Shown piece by piece: positions 22,998 through 35,260 of a stretch of 64,000 bases of DNA (positions are counted from its first letter, which is position 1; every line of letters begins with the position of its first letter). The translations under genes and the position numbers were made by a program. The stretch lies in the NCBI GenBank assembly GCA_030704615.1, contig CM060734.1, positions 32,426,001-32,490,000 on the forward strand. The letters run 5' to 3'. The notes beneath the pieces were generated by a model. The model searched no databases. It worked only from the letters and a program-made list of their open reading frames with translations, and was not told the DNA's origin. Origin of the DNA: Takakia lepidozioides. Taxonomy: Eukaryota; Plantae; Bryophyta.

Positions 22998-25900
22998 AGT
23001 AAAGCTCCAGAGCTCGATCAATCCTGGTAGTGGGCGAGGATTGGAAGCCATGTCAGTACTTATCTCCAACTAGGTAGTAGGGATTAAAGAAGTTCAAGCA
23101 CTATAGTTTCTGTTTTTGGCCTAGGAAGCACACCTGCGGCTAGGTGCATCGTGTGGGCCACGCTAGGTACCTTCGATGATTCACGGATTCTAGAGTTGCT
23201 AGGAAGGAATAGAGATGTGTCGGGGGATATTTTTGGAAGGAGCAGCGAACCCTGCGAAAAGCTTGATTTAGCTCACATCAGAAGACGTGCTTTAGCTCAC
23301 ATCAAGAATGGAGCATATCTATGAGCTCCAAGTCCATGAGATTATTAGGTGACTTAAATTGGTACTTGAAGACCTAAATAGTTTTCACTGTCCTTTGAGG
23401 CATACTTACCCGACCATAGCATGGCTTGTGTCATCTGATGTGCCTGGAAACCTGGATTCAGATGACAGGCAAAGGAGCCAAAAACTGTAGGCTCTCAGAG
23501 GCCTCTCATATATCTCGTGGACAGTACATCATTTACGACAGTCTCTACCGACAGAACCCACATGTTCTGTATTGGCACAAAGAGATCGGGCCCACCAGAC
23601 ATGCAGTTCCCGACACTTAGAAGTAATCGTGTATAAGTATTCCAGAACGCGTAGTCTCCAGTCTCCACCTTTCATTCAGGGGAAGATTCGATTTTTGGTT
23701 TTGTTGCCTCTAGAAACATGGAAGAAAACATTTGGTCGCTGCAAGGACTCGGGCCAGTGGGCACAGTGAATAGGGTATGTGTGCAAGTGTCAAAGCCACA
23801 TTTAGTTATTCGTGAAGACGTTTGATTGTTTTCAAAAGCAGCAACCTTCTGAATTCAATGAGGGTACTATGCAACTGTCGGTACCGATTGCGGATTGCGG
23901 ACTGCCGACCGGTCAACGATGACATCGTGGCTGTCATCACACATGGTCCCAAATTCGGATCCATCAAGCTGTGGAAAGCTATCAGAGTTGTATAATTGAT
24001 GTTATCCCTGAAGAATAAGGTTGTATGAAGAATATTGAATCGACGCAGGATGCATGTCACGTGCATAGCACTATACAAATCCTTGTTTCCTGTTATCTAC
24101 TTCCCCTAAAAGTCTCTCTCATTATCTTTCTTAAGGTCTTTGGAATTTGCCCCTTCTCCCTGCTCTTTCTAGGCCCAGTTACCATTTCTGATGATTAGAT
24201 CATCTCTCTGCTCTCTCGATGGGAGCCTCAACGGTTAGAGCGTTTTCTCCTCACGAATCGAAATAGGACAATTAAACTCCTCTCTATCTCTTCTCCCGTT
24301 ATCAGTACTGCTGAGAATAGTCCCTCTCTTGAGCGACTCTCACTTTCTCTTGTCCATGGCATGGTACGCGTCCTTGGGGCTATGGCTACAACTGGTTACC
24401 TGTAGGTCGAACTCAAGCACGTGGCACTTGATCAACGATTGCCTTCTAAGAAAGCATGTTGCTCAGGAGAGACGAATTGATCCCAAATTATGACGGAACT
24501 TCTGTAGACAAGTTTGATCGAGACAAGTTTGCTTGTGCTTTAACCTAAATTGTGGTCGTGGCCGATCATTCTTGAAACTGTGTTAACTTTTGATCAGCCA
24601 CCACCACAATTTGAAGTTATAGCACAAGCGTACACTGGGTGAAATGTTTCACAGTCATTCAGGATTCAACAGTGCAAATGGGACAATGAGTCCAAGAATG
24701 TTGACATATCATATCAAAGAATATTGCCGTTGCTGTTGCCAGATCACACTTGGTCACCCAACAATAGAAATCGGCAAACGTGACTGACGAAGTAGGGTGC
24801 AACATGTACCCGCAAGGTTGGAAAATTTGTACATACCGCTTTTCCTGAGGAAATATGCCATCTCGAGATCCTAATTTCAATTTGCTTTGGAACGATTGGC
24901 TGGACCACTGCTGGCCATCAAAAGTTGGCATACGATCTCCTTGGATCGGTCTTCCCAAATTCTTTACAGAATGGGTGGATGTGCAAAGGTGAGCTCATGC
25001 CACACCTTTAAATCTAGAGAGCTTCCAGTATCGTCAATAAGCCTTGCAAAGTAACTTATACAGATATATTGGTCAGGAATCAACTGAAAAACGTCAAACT
25101 TCTCGAAAGTAAGCTGAACGAGACGAAGGGGTACAACATGAGATTGTGCTAGGGTTTCTTATCCAAGCACGGGTATTAGGAAAGTCTCTACCAGCTGATG
25201 ATATGAATCAAAGCACCTTATCTAGAATTCAAGTTTATGGCTCCATCTACGAGCCTGGATCATCTGGCACGGAGTCCCATTCATGAACGTTCACATTTGA
25301 TAACCAAGTAGAAGGGCAGTGCCATGTATAGAATGGTCGAAAAAGAGCAGCTCTCAGTCATCACTCGTTTGATGATCATTATCAGATAACAGACAACCTT
25401 ACCACTGGTCAGTTGAATGAAAGTGTTAGCTACCAACCACCTCAAACAAAACCAATTTATACAAAGTCTGAACAACATTCTATGGAAGAAATAATTTGAA
25501 TCAATTGATTTCTATGCATGCCAGTAAAGTTCTTGCTCTTACAGATCCCCTACTTAAGGCATTCTAGCACTAGTTGAAGCAGACCTTATGAGACTGATGA
25601 AGGGAAAATTGGCTATCACTTTAGAATTCTGCTTAGGAATAGGCGATGGAGGCTCTTCCGACTTACTGTTGGAAAACATGAACATCTAAAGCTACTATAG
25701 ACGTTAGCAGCAACAAAAGAACACTTGACAAGGCGGTGAGAAGAAGACAACGTGCTGAAGAACCCTGTACTCAACAGTGAAAAAGAATGAATATAACGGA
25801 AAGCATGAACAGATTATATACAATGAGAGTCGGATGGAGAGGCTGTGCTGGCTATTCATAGTAAGAGATAAGGAAGCACCGTCGTGTGTAGGTAACCAGA

Positions 25901-28900
25901 CCTGATCTAATCCTACAAATATGGGAGAGTTGTTGAGGGGAGAATAAATGCATATTCTAACACTTACGATGTCCAAGCATTCCCTGTATTGCGAGCAAAC
26001 ATAGATGAACCTTTGGTAGCTATGCGAGCTCTTAATTTGCCCATTCAGGGACGACGAAAATGACTCTAAGATATATATATGATCCAGATGCTCCTCCTGC
26101 TCTTAGTAGAAAAACCGAGATGGTCTGGCGTCCGAATATTCATGAACATTTGGAGGCGTTGAATGGGAAGAAGTTTGAAGATTGTATATTCTTCAAGTGT
26201 TCCAGAGACAAGTTTCTGTGATGAGTGAAGATCCAGGCGGTGCGATCGAAGAAGGAAATGGAGGAAATGCCTTCCAGGATACCCTTTGTTGAAACCGAAT
26301 CAGAATTTTATCACCTAAGAGGATAAATGCATACACAACCCTCATAGTAGCATCACACTGAGCTGTTGTGTACATGCAGAAACTCGACCTCAATTCGACA
26401 ACAGTAACGGCGGATGAAGTCCTTGGACGGGTAATTCTAAGGCTTGGCCAATACCGGCGAGAACATAGGAGTTACTGTCACCTCAGCATTTGGCCGACAG
26501 ATTTCCGAGGAAACTCGCTAGCTGTCTCCATTGGACGTGCCGACTTAAACAACCAAGCTGGCATCCATAGGGAACAGAGCTTCTACTTGAATGTGGTATC
26601 TATAGTATCTGTCGTCATATCCTTCTGTTAGCACAGTAGCATTCTTGATTTTCTTACAAAGGGAGCGTCCTCAGCTGACTACATTAAACATTCATCAGAC
26701 AGAAAAAACCTCAGTTTTCAGGCGGCATGATTTCATGAGGGATCACATTTTGTAGGTCTGTGTGTGCTCCGTTTCCTAAATTTTCAAATGACTCTTGAAA
26801 GTGCCGGACGTTCAGCGATATTGTCTGCCAACACAGATGTGCAGTGGATCGGAGTCGGATCAGGCCATTAGGTACCAAAGTTTCTGTAAAAATGATCTGA
26901 ACTCAAGTGACAACTGAGCACTAGCAGTACCATGGCTGTATCATGGTCATATGTAGCAAGGTATTTCTCCTCAATGTCATGCAGCGATATTCATAGATCT
27001 TCCTCTGGAATTGCTCTTACTCGAGCAGCCAGCAACTACAAAGTGAAACTTTATAGATCAAGCAGAGCTGCTGCGACAAAGAAGAGATTGTTGCCCCAAC
27101 AGTTTAAGAAGATTTCGAACGTACGTGAGAATTCATGCAGGTCCAAGGCCCCGTGGTTTCTATGCGTATCGCTGTGACCAAAACATCGTAGGTCGATCAA
27201 CCGTTACGATAGCACTGAACTTATATGAAATCTTATTGTTTGCAGATACTACCTTGAAGTAAATATTCTGGACAGTACGTGCTGTCAAGTACGGAGCGTA
27301 CTTGTAAGATGTTCGAAATCAAAAGAATGACGAGGGGCCAAGTACGACATGGAGATTCGGAGATGCGATGGTGTGTTTGTAGTGCAAGTCCTGAGGAACT
27401 TGGATCGAATTGCTCCAATAACTTATGCATGGCAGGGCAATCGGAGGAAAATAATGCCCTGCAAACAAATGCGCATGCGGTACGAGTGTATTGTACAATT
27501 GTCCGACGATGTTCAAAACAACGACTCGTCGGCAGGCGAGAGATTGAGAAGATCGGTCTTCGACCGGGGTTGGTAGACGAAAGAACTAAGGAAGGGGCAG
27601 GTGCTGCAGTACTGTAACGACTTATATTGCACCGCCCGCTGGAAGTCTCCAACCGCCTTTACAGCTATGAGGGAAGCAAGGGTTGGTCATTATCCCCTAA
27701 AGGACGGTTCGACCTTTCTGTGGTTGCATCGTTTGTTGGCCCTGCCCGAGGGCCGACAAGGTAGGGACTTCGTATCAAGTTGGCCCAAAGTGCCCTTAAC
27801 ATATCACGGGTTGTTCCCATGAGACTTAATGGAAACATGAAAGTTTTTAGTTCCCAATTGGGCACATGTTACACTTCATATCAATAAAACAATGATAGGG
27901 CCTCTTGTTAGTTGTACATTTACAAGATGGTATTGGATGGAGGTGGGCCCTAAAGCAAAGTTGCAGCTCGCGCACTAAAATCCCGGGCCCTTTGGATTAC
28001 TACAGCGCTGCCTAGGATTTTCTATGTGTGAAAGTGCAGATTTTGTGTGGTGTGCAAGTTTTGAGAGTTTCGAGCATATTGACTTCGTGACCGTGTGACC
28101 GTGGGCCAATGAGCGCCTTAGGCCACACGGTTTCTGCCAAAGCCTGAGTTAAGAATGGCTAGATAATCCACTGTATGCTACATCCCTTTAGTCGAACTTG
28201 AAAATTCCAACTGTGAATTGGTGCATTCCCTTTGTATTTCTACCTCGCATTATTCACACTTGAAATTTTTTTTTTCATGCAAAATTTCTACTGCTTGCTG
28301 CATCCAAAACAAAAGCCTTGTTCATTTTGCCCACAGGTACCCTGAGCAGTTACATACAAAGGGGCACTAATGAAAACATGTCATTACATGCTGAAATTTG
28401 GACACAATGTCCTGCACTTGGTAGGCAACATTTGGTCAAAAATTGGAGGAGAACCTAGAACTGGAACATGGAGAAAATTGGTGGTCAAACCAAGTTTTTC
28501 CATGAATTTTTGTATGAGACTACAAATTGGGGTCACTCCCACATTGCAATCTGCTTATTCCAACGGTGGATTGAGCTATAAATTTTTGACCACCTGTATA
28601 ATATAGTTGCTAACATTGTACGGTTCATCCATGTGATGAACTTTGGCAGCAAGATACATCCACTTGAGTCAGGTCATGTCAAGTTGTTTAAAAACATCGC
28701 AAAAAAACTCTCATCCTTTAGGGGTTATAGAAGGAGGAATCGATGCGCCAGTTTCGCATCCGAATTCCAACTGTGAGTAGTTTCCGCACCATCACGAGCA
28801 CTCACTCTTCTATTCTCACACGTAAGTACGAGACGTTCTGTTTAGGGGAAGGGCAACTGATGTATCCTGAAATGGTCAAACAGCAGCGCCGTAATGCTTT

Positions 28901-28949
28901 GTAAGACGCGGGGTGACCCCGGTAGGGCGAGACACGCGACGTGCATAGC

Positions 28950-31900
28950 ATGTAACCCTGAGTGGAGTTACCCTCCCCACTCTGTATCCCTCTGTCACCC
29001 TGACTGGAATTACACTCCGTTCAGTTCCATGTCACTCTCAAACGACTTTTGGGAATATTTGACATGCCAAAAACATCATGTTAGAGGTTGCATGTGTGCA
29101 TTAAGTTCTTACCTCATTCTTGGTGTTCTCCTGTGGGAATCTCTCTCTCACACCCATGGTAGTAATGGTAGCGGATACCCACCCATTCTATGATTTCTTA
29201 CACAATCCACCAATAAAAAGAGTAAAAACTATCATAATGTACAAGCATACAAAGAGGTTATGGATTATACATGTTGTGATATAAGAATACCCAACAAAAA
29301 CCATATAATGTGTAGCAAGACTAAGGCCCATTACACACGAGCGGCAGGAAATTGTCGCGTTCCAAATTTTTGCTAGGAGTTTTGCCTATATATAGATCCA
29401 CATCAGCGATAAAATCTTGGCTGGCTTCCACACGGGAAAGGAGCAACAACGGCAATGGTTTCCCACCATAATCCAAATCGTGCAACCAAGTCCACACACA
29501 GAGCATGTAGGCTTGGTGTGGCAAGTGGGGGGGAAGGATGAGTTTTCTTACCGCCCCCATATCATGGCTTGTTTTACGGGTTTTCAGGGGCTGATGGCTG
29601 GAAGAACGATAGAGGCGCTGATCCCCACAGTGGTAGCCACACACGCTCCGCGTAGGATTTAACATGGGCGTACGTCCAGCCGTGTGGTAGCCGTAGCTTC
29701 ATCGTCAACCAATAAAATGGATACAACTCTACTTTTATGTGTGTCGCTGCCACTCGTCTGTCAACGCCCTAAGAACATCTACACGGTGAGCAAGGCCCGT
29801 CAAACGTTATATAGCCCGGTTACAGGAGTGACGGTATCTTTTACAAGGACGGTTCGGTTGGCACTCCACAGTTGGGACGGTAGTAGACCCAACACACACC
29901 CCAATCACAACTTGGCAAGAAGGGGGTAGGAAGCGCTGTCACAATCTTGGAGTGTTGAAATAATCTTGGAGCGTGAAATGACGATCTACAGAGGGCGCAA
30001 TTGATGGCTGGGTTGGCTCACACGTGCAAATGTAATGTACAGTGGTTGGCGGGGTCCCTGCATGCTTGGCAAAAGTGCCGTCGGGAGACAGATTTGCGGC
30101 GGGGCCATTAGCAATTCTACCGGGCTGAGGCAACCGTGGAGCAACCTGGGCGGCTTTTTGGGCAAATTGCCGTTTTTGGACATGTACTGTGGCACCGTGG
30201 AAATGCTCTAAGCTGTCTTCATGAGGCAATCAGTAGATGGAATTAATGGAGAAAGAGAAAAGAAAACATGTGGAAGGATGTAACGCACCTCACTTTGATA
30301 AACTCTACTTAAGTCATAGGTATTCGCTTTGATGCATACACTAATTAGCTCTCAAATTGGCCGCTGGACCGACTTAAAGCTTCGGCTGCTCGCCGGGGCA
30401 TAACTGTTTCCCATCTCAAGATTCCCAAACATTATGATCACATGCAAATCCCTATGGTTAAAGACAATCCGGAATATCTCCACACATTGTGTCGTTTTTC
30501 GGCTCACTAGTTTGCTTCACTAGCTTTGATGCTTTGATGGGCTTGCACCGTTCTCGGGTTACTATTCATTATATATACTTCTGTGAATGTCGACAGGGTG
30601 TCACAAACAGCCAATTTCTATTTTAGTGCACCACCACCAAAATCCTCGACTCCCTATGATGAGTCGCGGTGAGTGATCTTGGTCCACCCACCACAGCCTC
30701 ATTGGTATGCGGCGAGTCCCAAGACTCCACCATGACTCCCACCTCAAGGCCTCAGCCCCGCGGTGAGTCCTATGTCACCCCCACTATGACTCCATACGCT
30801 ACGACCACCGGACAATTGAAGCCCCCACCACAGCCTGGTTGTGGGCTTCATCTAGTGAGCGCCTCTGCCCGTCTTTAGTACCTTAACCACTCAAAGGTCG
30901 TTCACCCACTGCTACTATTACCGCTACTCCCACCTTAAAGGTAGCTCTCTTGTGTCCATACCCGTGTCTTTAACACAAAATGCAGCAACAAAGGAGGCCT
31001 AGTAAATGGGCTATTGTCTTCCGTTTAGAAGGTAAACGTCTTCTAATTGTGTCTCCTAAGGATTTAAAGTCCTCATGAAGTCAGAAGTACCAATACATAG
31101 AGTGATCGATTGATCTTGAAATCAATGACATTAATGACAATCATCCAACACTTTCATACTACTTACAAATAGATGGTTTTAGAGCATCTCCAACGGTGTC
31201 CCGCCATCGGGCCCCGCCAAGCTATTCATGGCGTGGAGTTTGGCATGGATTTGCGTCTCGGTACAAGAGACCGGCGGAAGGACGTCCACCGGGATCACGC
31301 TAAATCCAGCGCCAAGTTGGGCTGGCTAGTCTGCGGATGCCACATGGTGGCTTCAGGCTGCGCCACACATGCTATTCCTATCCCCAAAAGCAAGAGCGCG
31401 CCTTCTTCGATACCTTTGTGCGACGTGCACGCACCAGACTTGCTCCCGAGTGCTTGGGTGTGCACGTGCACGCTTGTAAAATATGGCGTACCGCTGACCT
31501 TGGTGTAGGTCCCTCCCGCTAAAAATATAACGTTGGCAGGGTGCGATGGGTCACGATCCGGGAAACGGCACAAAATGGCGTTGGAAATGGCAGGGAAATG
31601 ACATAGCGTACCTACTTTGGGGGTGCTCTTATTAGCCATCTCCCCAACCTAAATCTAGAGACGTTATACAAACAATTGCATTTATCGAAGTGTTCTTTAA
31701 ATATAAAATTGATGTCACCACAACTTCAGCCCGAACTCATAAATTAGACTTGCGAAGTGTAATTTATTTCTAATATTCTTCACTATTGTTTTTGAGTCAT
31801 TGTTCTGATTTGACTCTTGGTTAGTGGCATCCATACTCACATGGTCTTATGACCCAGGTTAATGGATTATTTAATGTGCCATGGGTGCTTTGGACTTTCA

Positions 31901-33115
31901 AGTTTAAAATGAGGTTTGAGCAACTGCCCCGTTGCCCTGGTTATGATGGTTACAAAAAAGTCCGCTTCAAAACTTTGCCAAAAAAACTTTGGAGTGAAGT
32001 GACAATATAAATTACATCTGTTTCAGAATGAGTCTTTTTCTTCATTTTCACCATTCAAGGATGGCCCATTGCATTTATCGCTCCATGATCAGGAGCTACA
32101 TTAGTTTTGATTCACTTACCACATCCTATAGATAGACTCATTCAATTTTTAATCAACTTCATCTTGTAGCGGTATCTTTTCTCTCCATGTTCCAATGACG
32201 ACTGAAGGTCGGAGACTAGTTTTAGTGTAGAACAGGAATAGGGTGCCGAAGTGCCACATCATTGTCGTCACGTCGTTTTAAAACAACTCGGACTGCCTGA
32301 AAATTTCAAAAAATAAAATAAAAAGATGTAATCCATTCAGCATCGTCATGTTTCGGAGGCCACATCATCAATGTACATTCTTGAAGCTGCCTGGATTGCC
32401 CTGGGAAGGGGGAAAATAAAAAATAAAAAAATAATAAAAAAATCTGAATTATAAAAAATCATTTTTGTCAAATCTGCTCTAATCATTTTTTATTTTATTT
32501 TTTCTGCTTCATCACATATTCAATGTAAATGTTGTAACACTTCCAAATATTATTTGATTTCATGATAAATTTTATTTTAATACTTTACAATAGTACATGT
32601 AAATATGTTGATGGTAATAGCTAATGAAATGTCAAAACTCTAAATCTTGAGTTTTTGTCTCGTCTATTTTTGGATAATTACAAATATAGATATACTGATA
32701 TATTATAATTACACATCAATAAATCAAACAAATTCATATGGAAACTGAAATGAATATGAACACCGTTAATATATCCAAAAATATTATTACTACAGAAAAA
32801 ACAAAACAATGCATAAAATGGGGAATCCTAAGAATAATGGATGATGTTCATGCACGCATGTAATCACTGACAAGATGGTAGGCTGGTCTCTGATATATTA
32901 TTGAATCTTCCCAACCCTCTCTTTAGGGTGAAATGGAACTAAAGGGAATGTAACTTCAGTCTATGTAACAGGTACAAAGAGGGAGTGTAAACTCGAGTTG
33001 GGGTTACACGGCAGGAATGTAACTCCACTTAGGGTTACACTTGATTACACAGCGGTTGTGTAACTCTACTTGGGGATTACACTAGGTTACACGGCGGAAG
33101 TGTAACTCCACTCGA
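28950..33115. mobile_element. Degenerate element bounded by diverged long (about 200 bp) inverted repeats with GTGTAACTCCAC..GGGTTACAC sub-repeats
   Basis: 28951-29130 is a diverged reverse complement of about 32820-33010; more gtaactccac/ggttacac units at 33000-33110. No transposase recognised inside. Confidence 0.5.
31182..31628. mobile_element. PIF/Harbinger (Tourist-type) MITE
   Basis: TIR GAGCATCTCCAA / TTGGGGGTGCTC with a TTA target-site duplication on both sides (31179-31181 and 31629-31631). Confidence 0.8.
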
Positions 33116-33879
33116 TGTAGCAAACATTGGGAGTAACTGAACCATAGCTTTAAGACGGAATTAGACAGACTTGGGAGAGAGAGAAAACTACGCATAATTA
33201 ATGTCGGTCAAACTTTCTATGAATCGGGACACGAAAAATGTGACCCACATGCATTGCCGAATACTGTGGATTCAAGAGCCGTAAGACAGACTCCACTAGC
33301 TGGTTCTTTTGCCATTGAGAGAAAATACACAACTTGAAGCCAAATGGTTTTTGTACAAATGAAGTTTCAATTCATCATGCAAGGATCTGAAGCTATAACC
33401 ACTATGTATAGGTATGCAAAACTTTGGGAAACCCTATATTATTCTATTAATATTGTATGGTCTCATTTGTTCCTTGACATAAATTGGAGTCATCTTGCAT
33501 ATTCTGTTGTTTTATGATTCTATTAAGCTTAGAGACAAAATGCTACCATTTGATATATTTCACAACATCCAATGATTAATTTCCTCCAAAACACTACATT
33601 ACACTTATGCGGACGTCATGAAATAACTTGATACCTCATCTTGTGGTCTTTTTCTGATTGTCTATGCAACCGATTTGGCATTTAGAAACTGCAATATAAC
33701 ATATAAAAAATGAGATCACACATTAAAGATTATACCACAATTAATTCAACATGTACGCTGTTTCAAAATACACAAGACAATCAATGAATATAATTTCCAA
33801 TCCAAACATTGTGCATGAAATCGATTATCGATCCATAACTATAGTTTGACACAAAAAAACTCTAATTTTCGTTATTAAC

Positions 33880-35260
33880 TCCGGTTGGCGTTATATGTAT
33901 ATATAGACATCTTGTTACTGGTATTGTAGAGCAATCCGGAGCCATGCTGGTAAAATATTGTGTGATGCGATGATTCTTGCATCCATGGGTTGAAAGCGGC
34001 TTGTAGGCAAAAATTCAAGTTGCGAACTCAGATTGCGTACTTGATGACCAAATAAGTTGTCTACCAAAAGTAATACTTTTTGTTTCTATGCAGCAACCAT
34101 CCTCATGTCAAAATCAAGCATGAACTTTTCGAAAATAGTTGTGGTCATCCATGCCTTTTTGTTAGCATACCATATGATGCCAAAGTTTTGAGGGTTGAGA
34201 ATATTCCTACATTTGAATGTTCGAGGCTTCAAGTATTGGTTGATGACCAAAGAAGGAAGAATCATACTTGCATCGACATTTTCGGTAAGTGCCACAGTAA
34301 TGCGTTCTTTCTATTTTTTCTTCCCAGATAACCTTTCGGTAGCAAGGGTACAATTTGGTTCTAATCTGTAAAACAAACCAGTTTCATCCATGTTGAAGAT
34401 GTCACAGAGATTGTACCTGAAGATAATTTCCTTCACTTCTTCCATCCTCCTTAGAACCTCAGGTGAAGTGTCGGCTGAAGCGTCTTCTCCGTGACGAGTA
34501 TAACCTTTGATATGGAATCTTCGTTTGAAGCCTTCCACCTGACCGTGAGAAAAATGCAGCTCCTTCTCATTTGCTGCTCTTGGTGTCCTCATGTAAAATC
34601 TCTTTGCAGCAGCCACCACAAGATCATCAGATAGAGCAACGGAATTTTCTGGCATTTTGGTGAACCATGTAAACGGTGCTTGTTCCACTTCTGGATACTG
34701 TGGCTTCCTAATGAGTTTGGAGTCGCTGTTATGATGAACCTTCATAATAAAAAATCTTTTCGTTTCAATAACCTTGAGATAGTCGTCTCAGAAGCTGAGG
34801 TACGAAACGTTGTGTCAATGCACGGTTAACCTCAAATAGATTCAAGGTTTTCTGCATAGTGTGCAGACTTCTAAATTCTCACTGACCATAGTTCACGTCG
34901 CTGATTTTGGGTAAAAGTTGCGTTTGTGGAAGTGGTCATTAGGAGCTAATGTAGGTATGGTCAGGATTGGTTGGGGGTTTTAGTAAGCAAATTATGATCA
35001 CATCAAGAGGATTTGTTTTACATTAGCTGATCTGAATTATTACTGGCTACTTTCATGCAAGCCTTATCATGATCCTAATCCATTATCGACCTCACCCTTG
35101 ACACTTACATGGGTCATTATAATGAAGAAGGGAGTAAAACTTTTATAACACTTAAACATTTAACACTTGCTAGTGTATTTTCTGCGGGAGTAGAAGTTTT
35201 CATAACAATTATGGGTTTTGAACACTTATAGAAATAACACTTCCAGGTCCGACTATAGAA
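33880..35260 (-). mobile_element. pogo/Tigger (CENP-B-like HTH and DDE_1) transposase pseudogene
   Basis: YPEVEQAPFTWF..LSDDLV..FSHGQVEGFKRR (HTH_Tc5), IFNMDETGLFY, ERITVAL, YANKKAWMT, VLLLVDN, QPMD. TAACACTT subterminal repeats at 35145-35242. Ends approximate. Confidence 0.88.

Noticed and set aside
28620-28720. Possible MTase motif remnant on the minus strand (KDESFFAMFLNNLT)
   Set aside because: No FxGxG-like motif follows, and it is too short to support.
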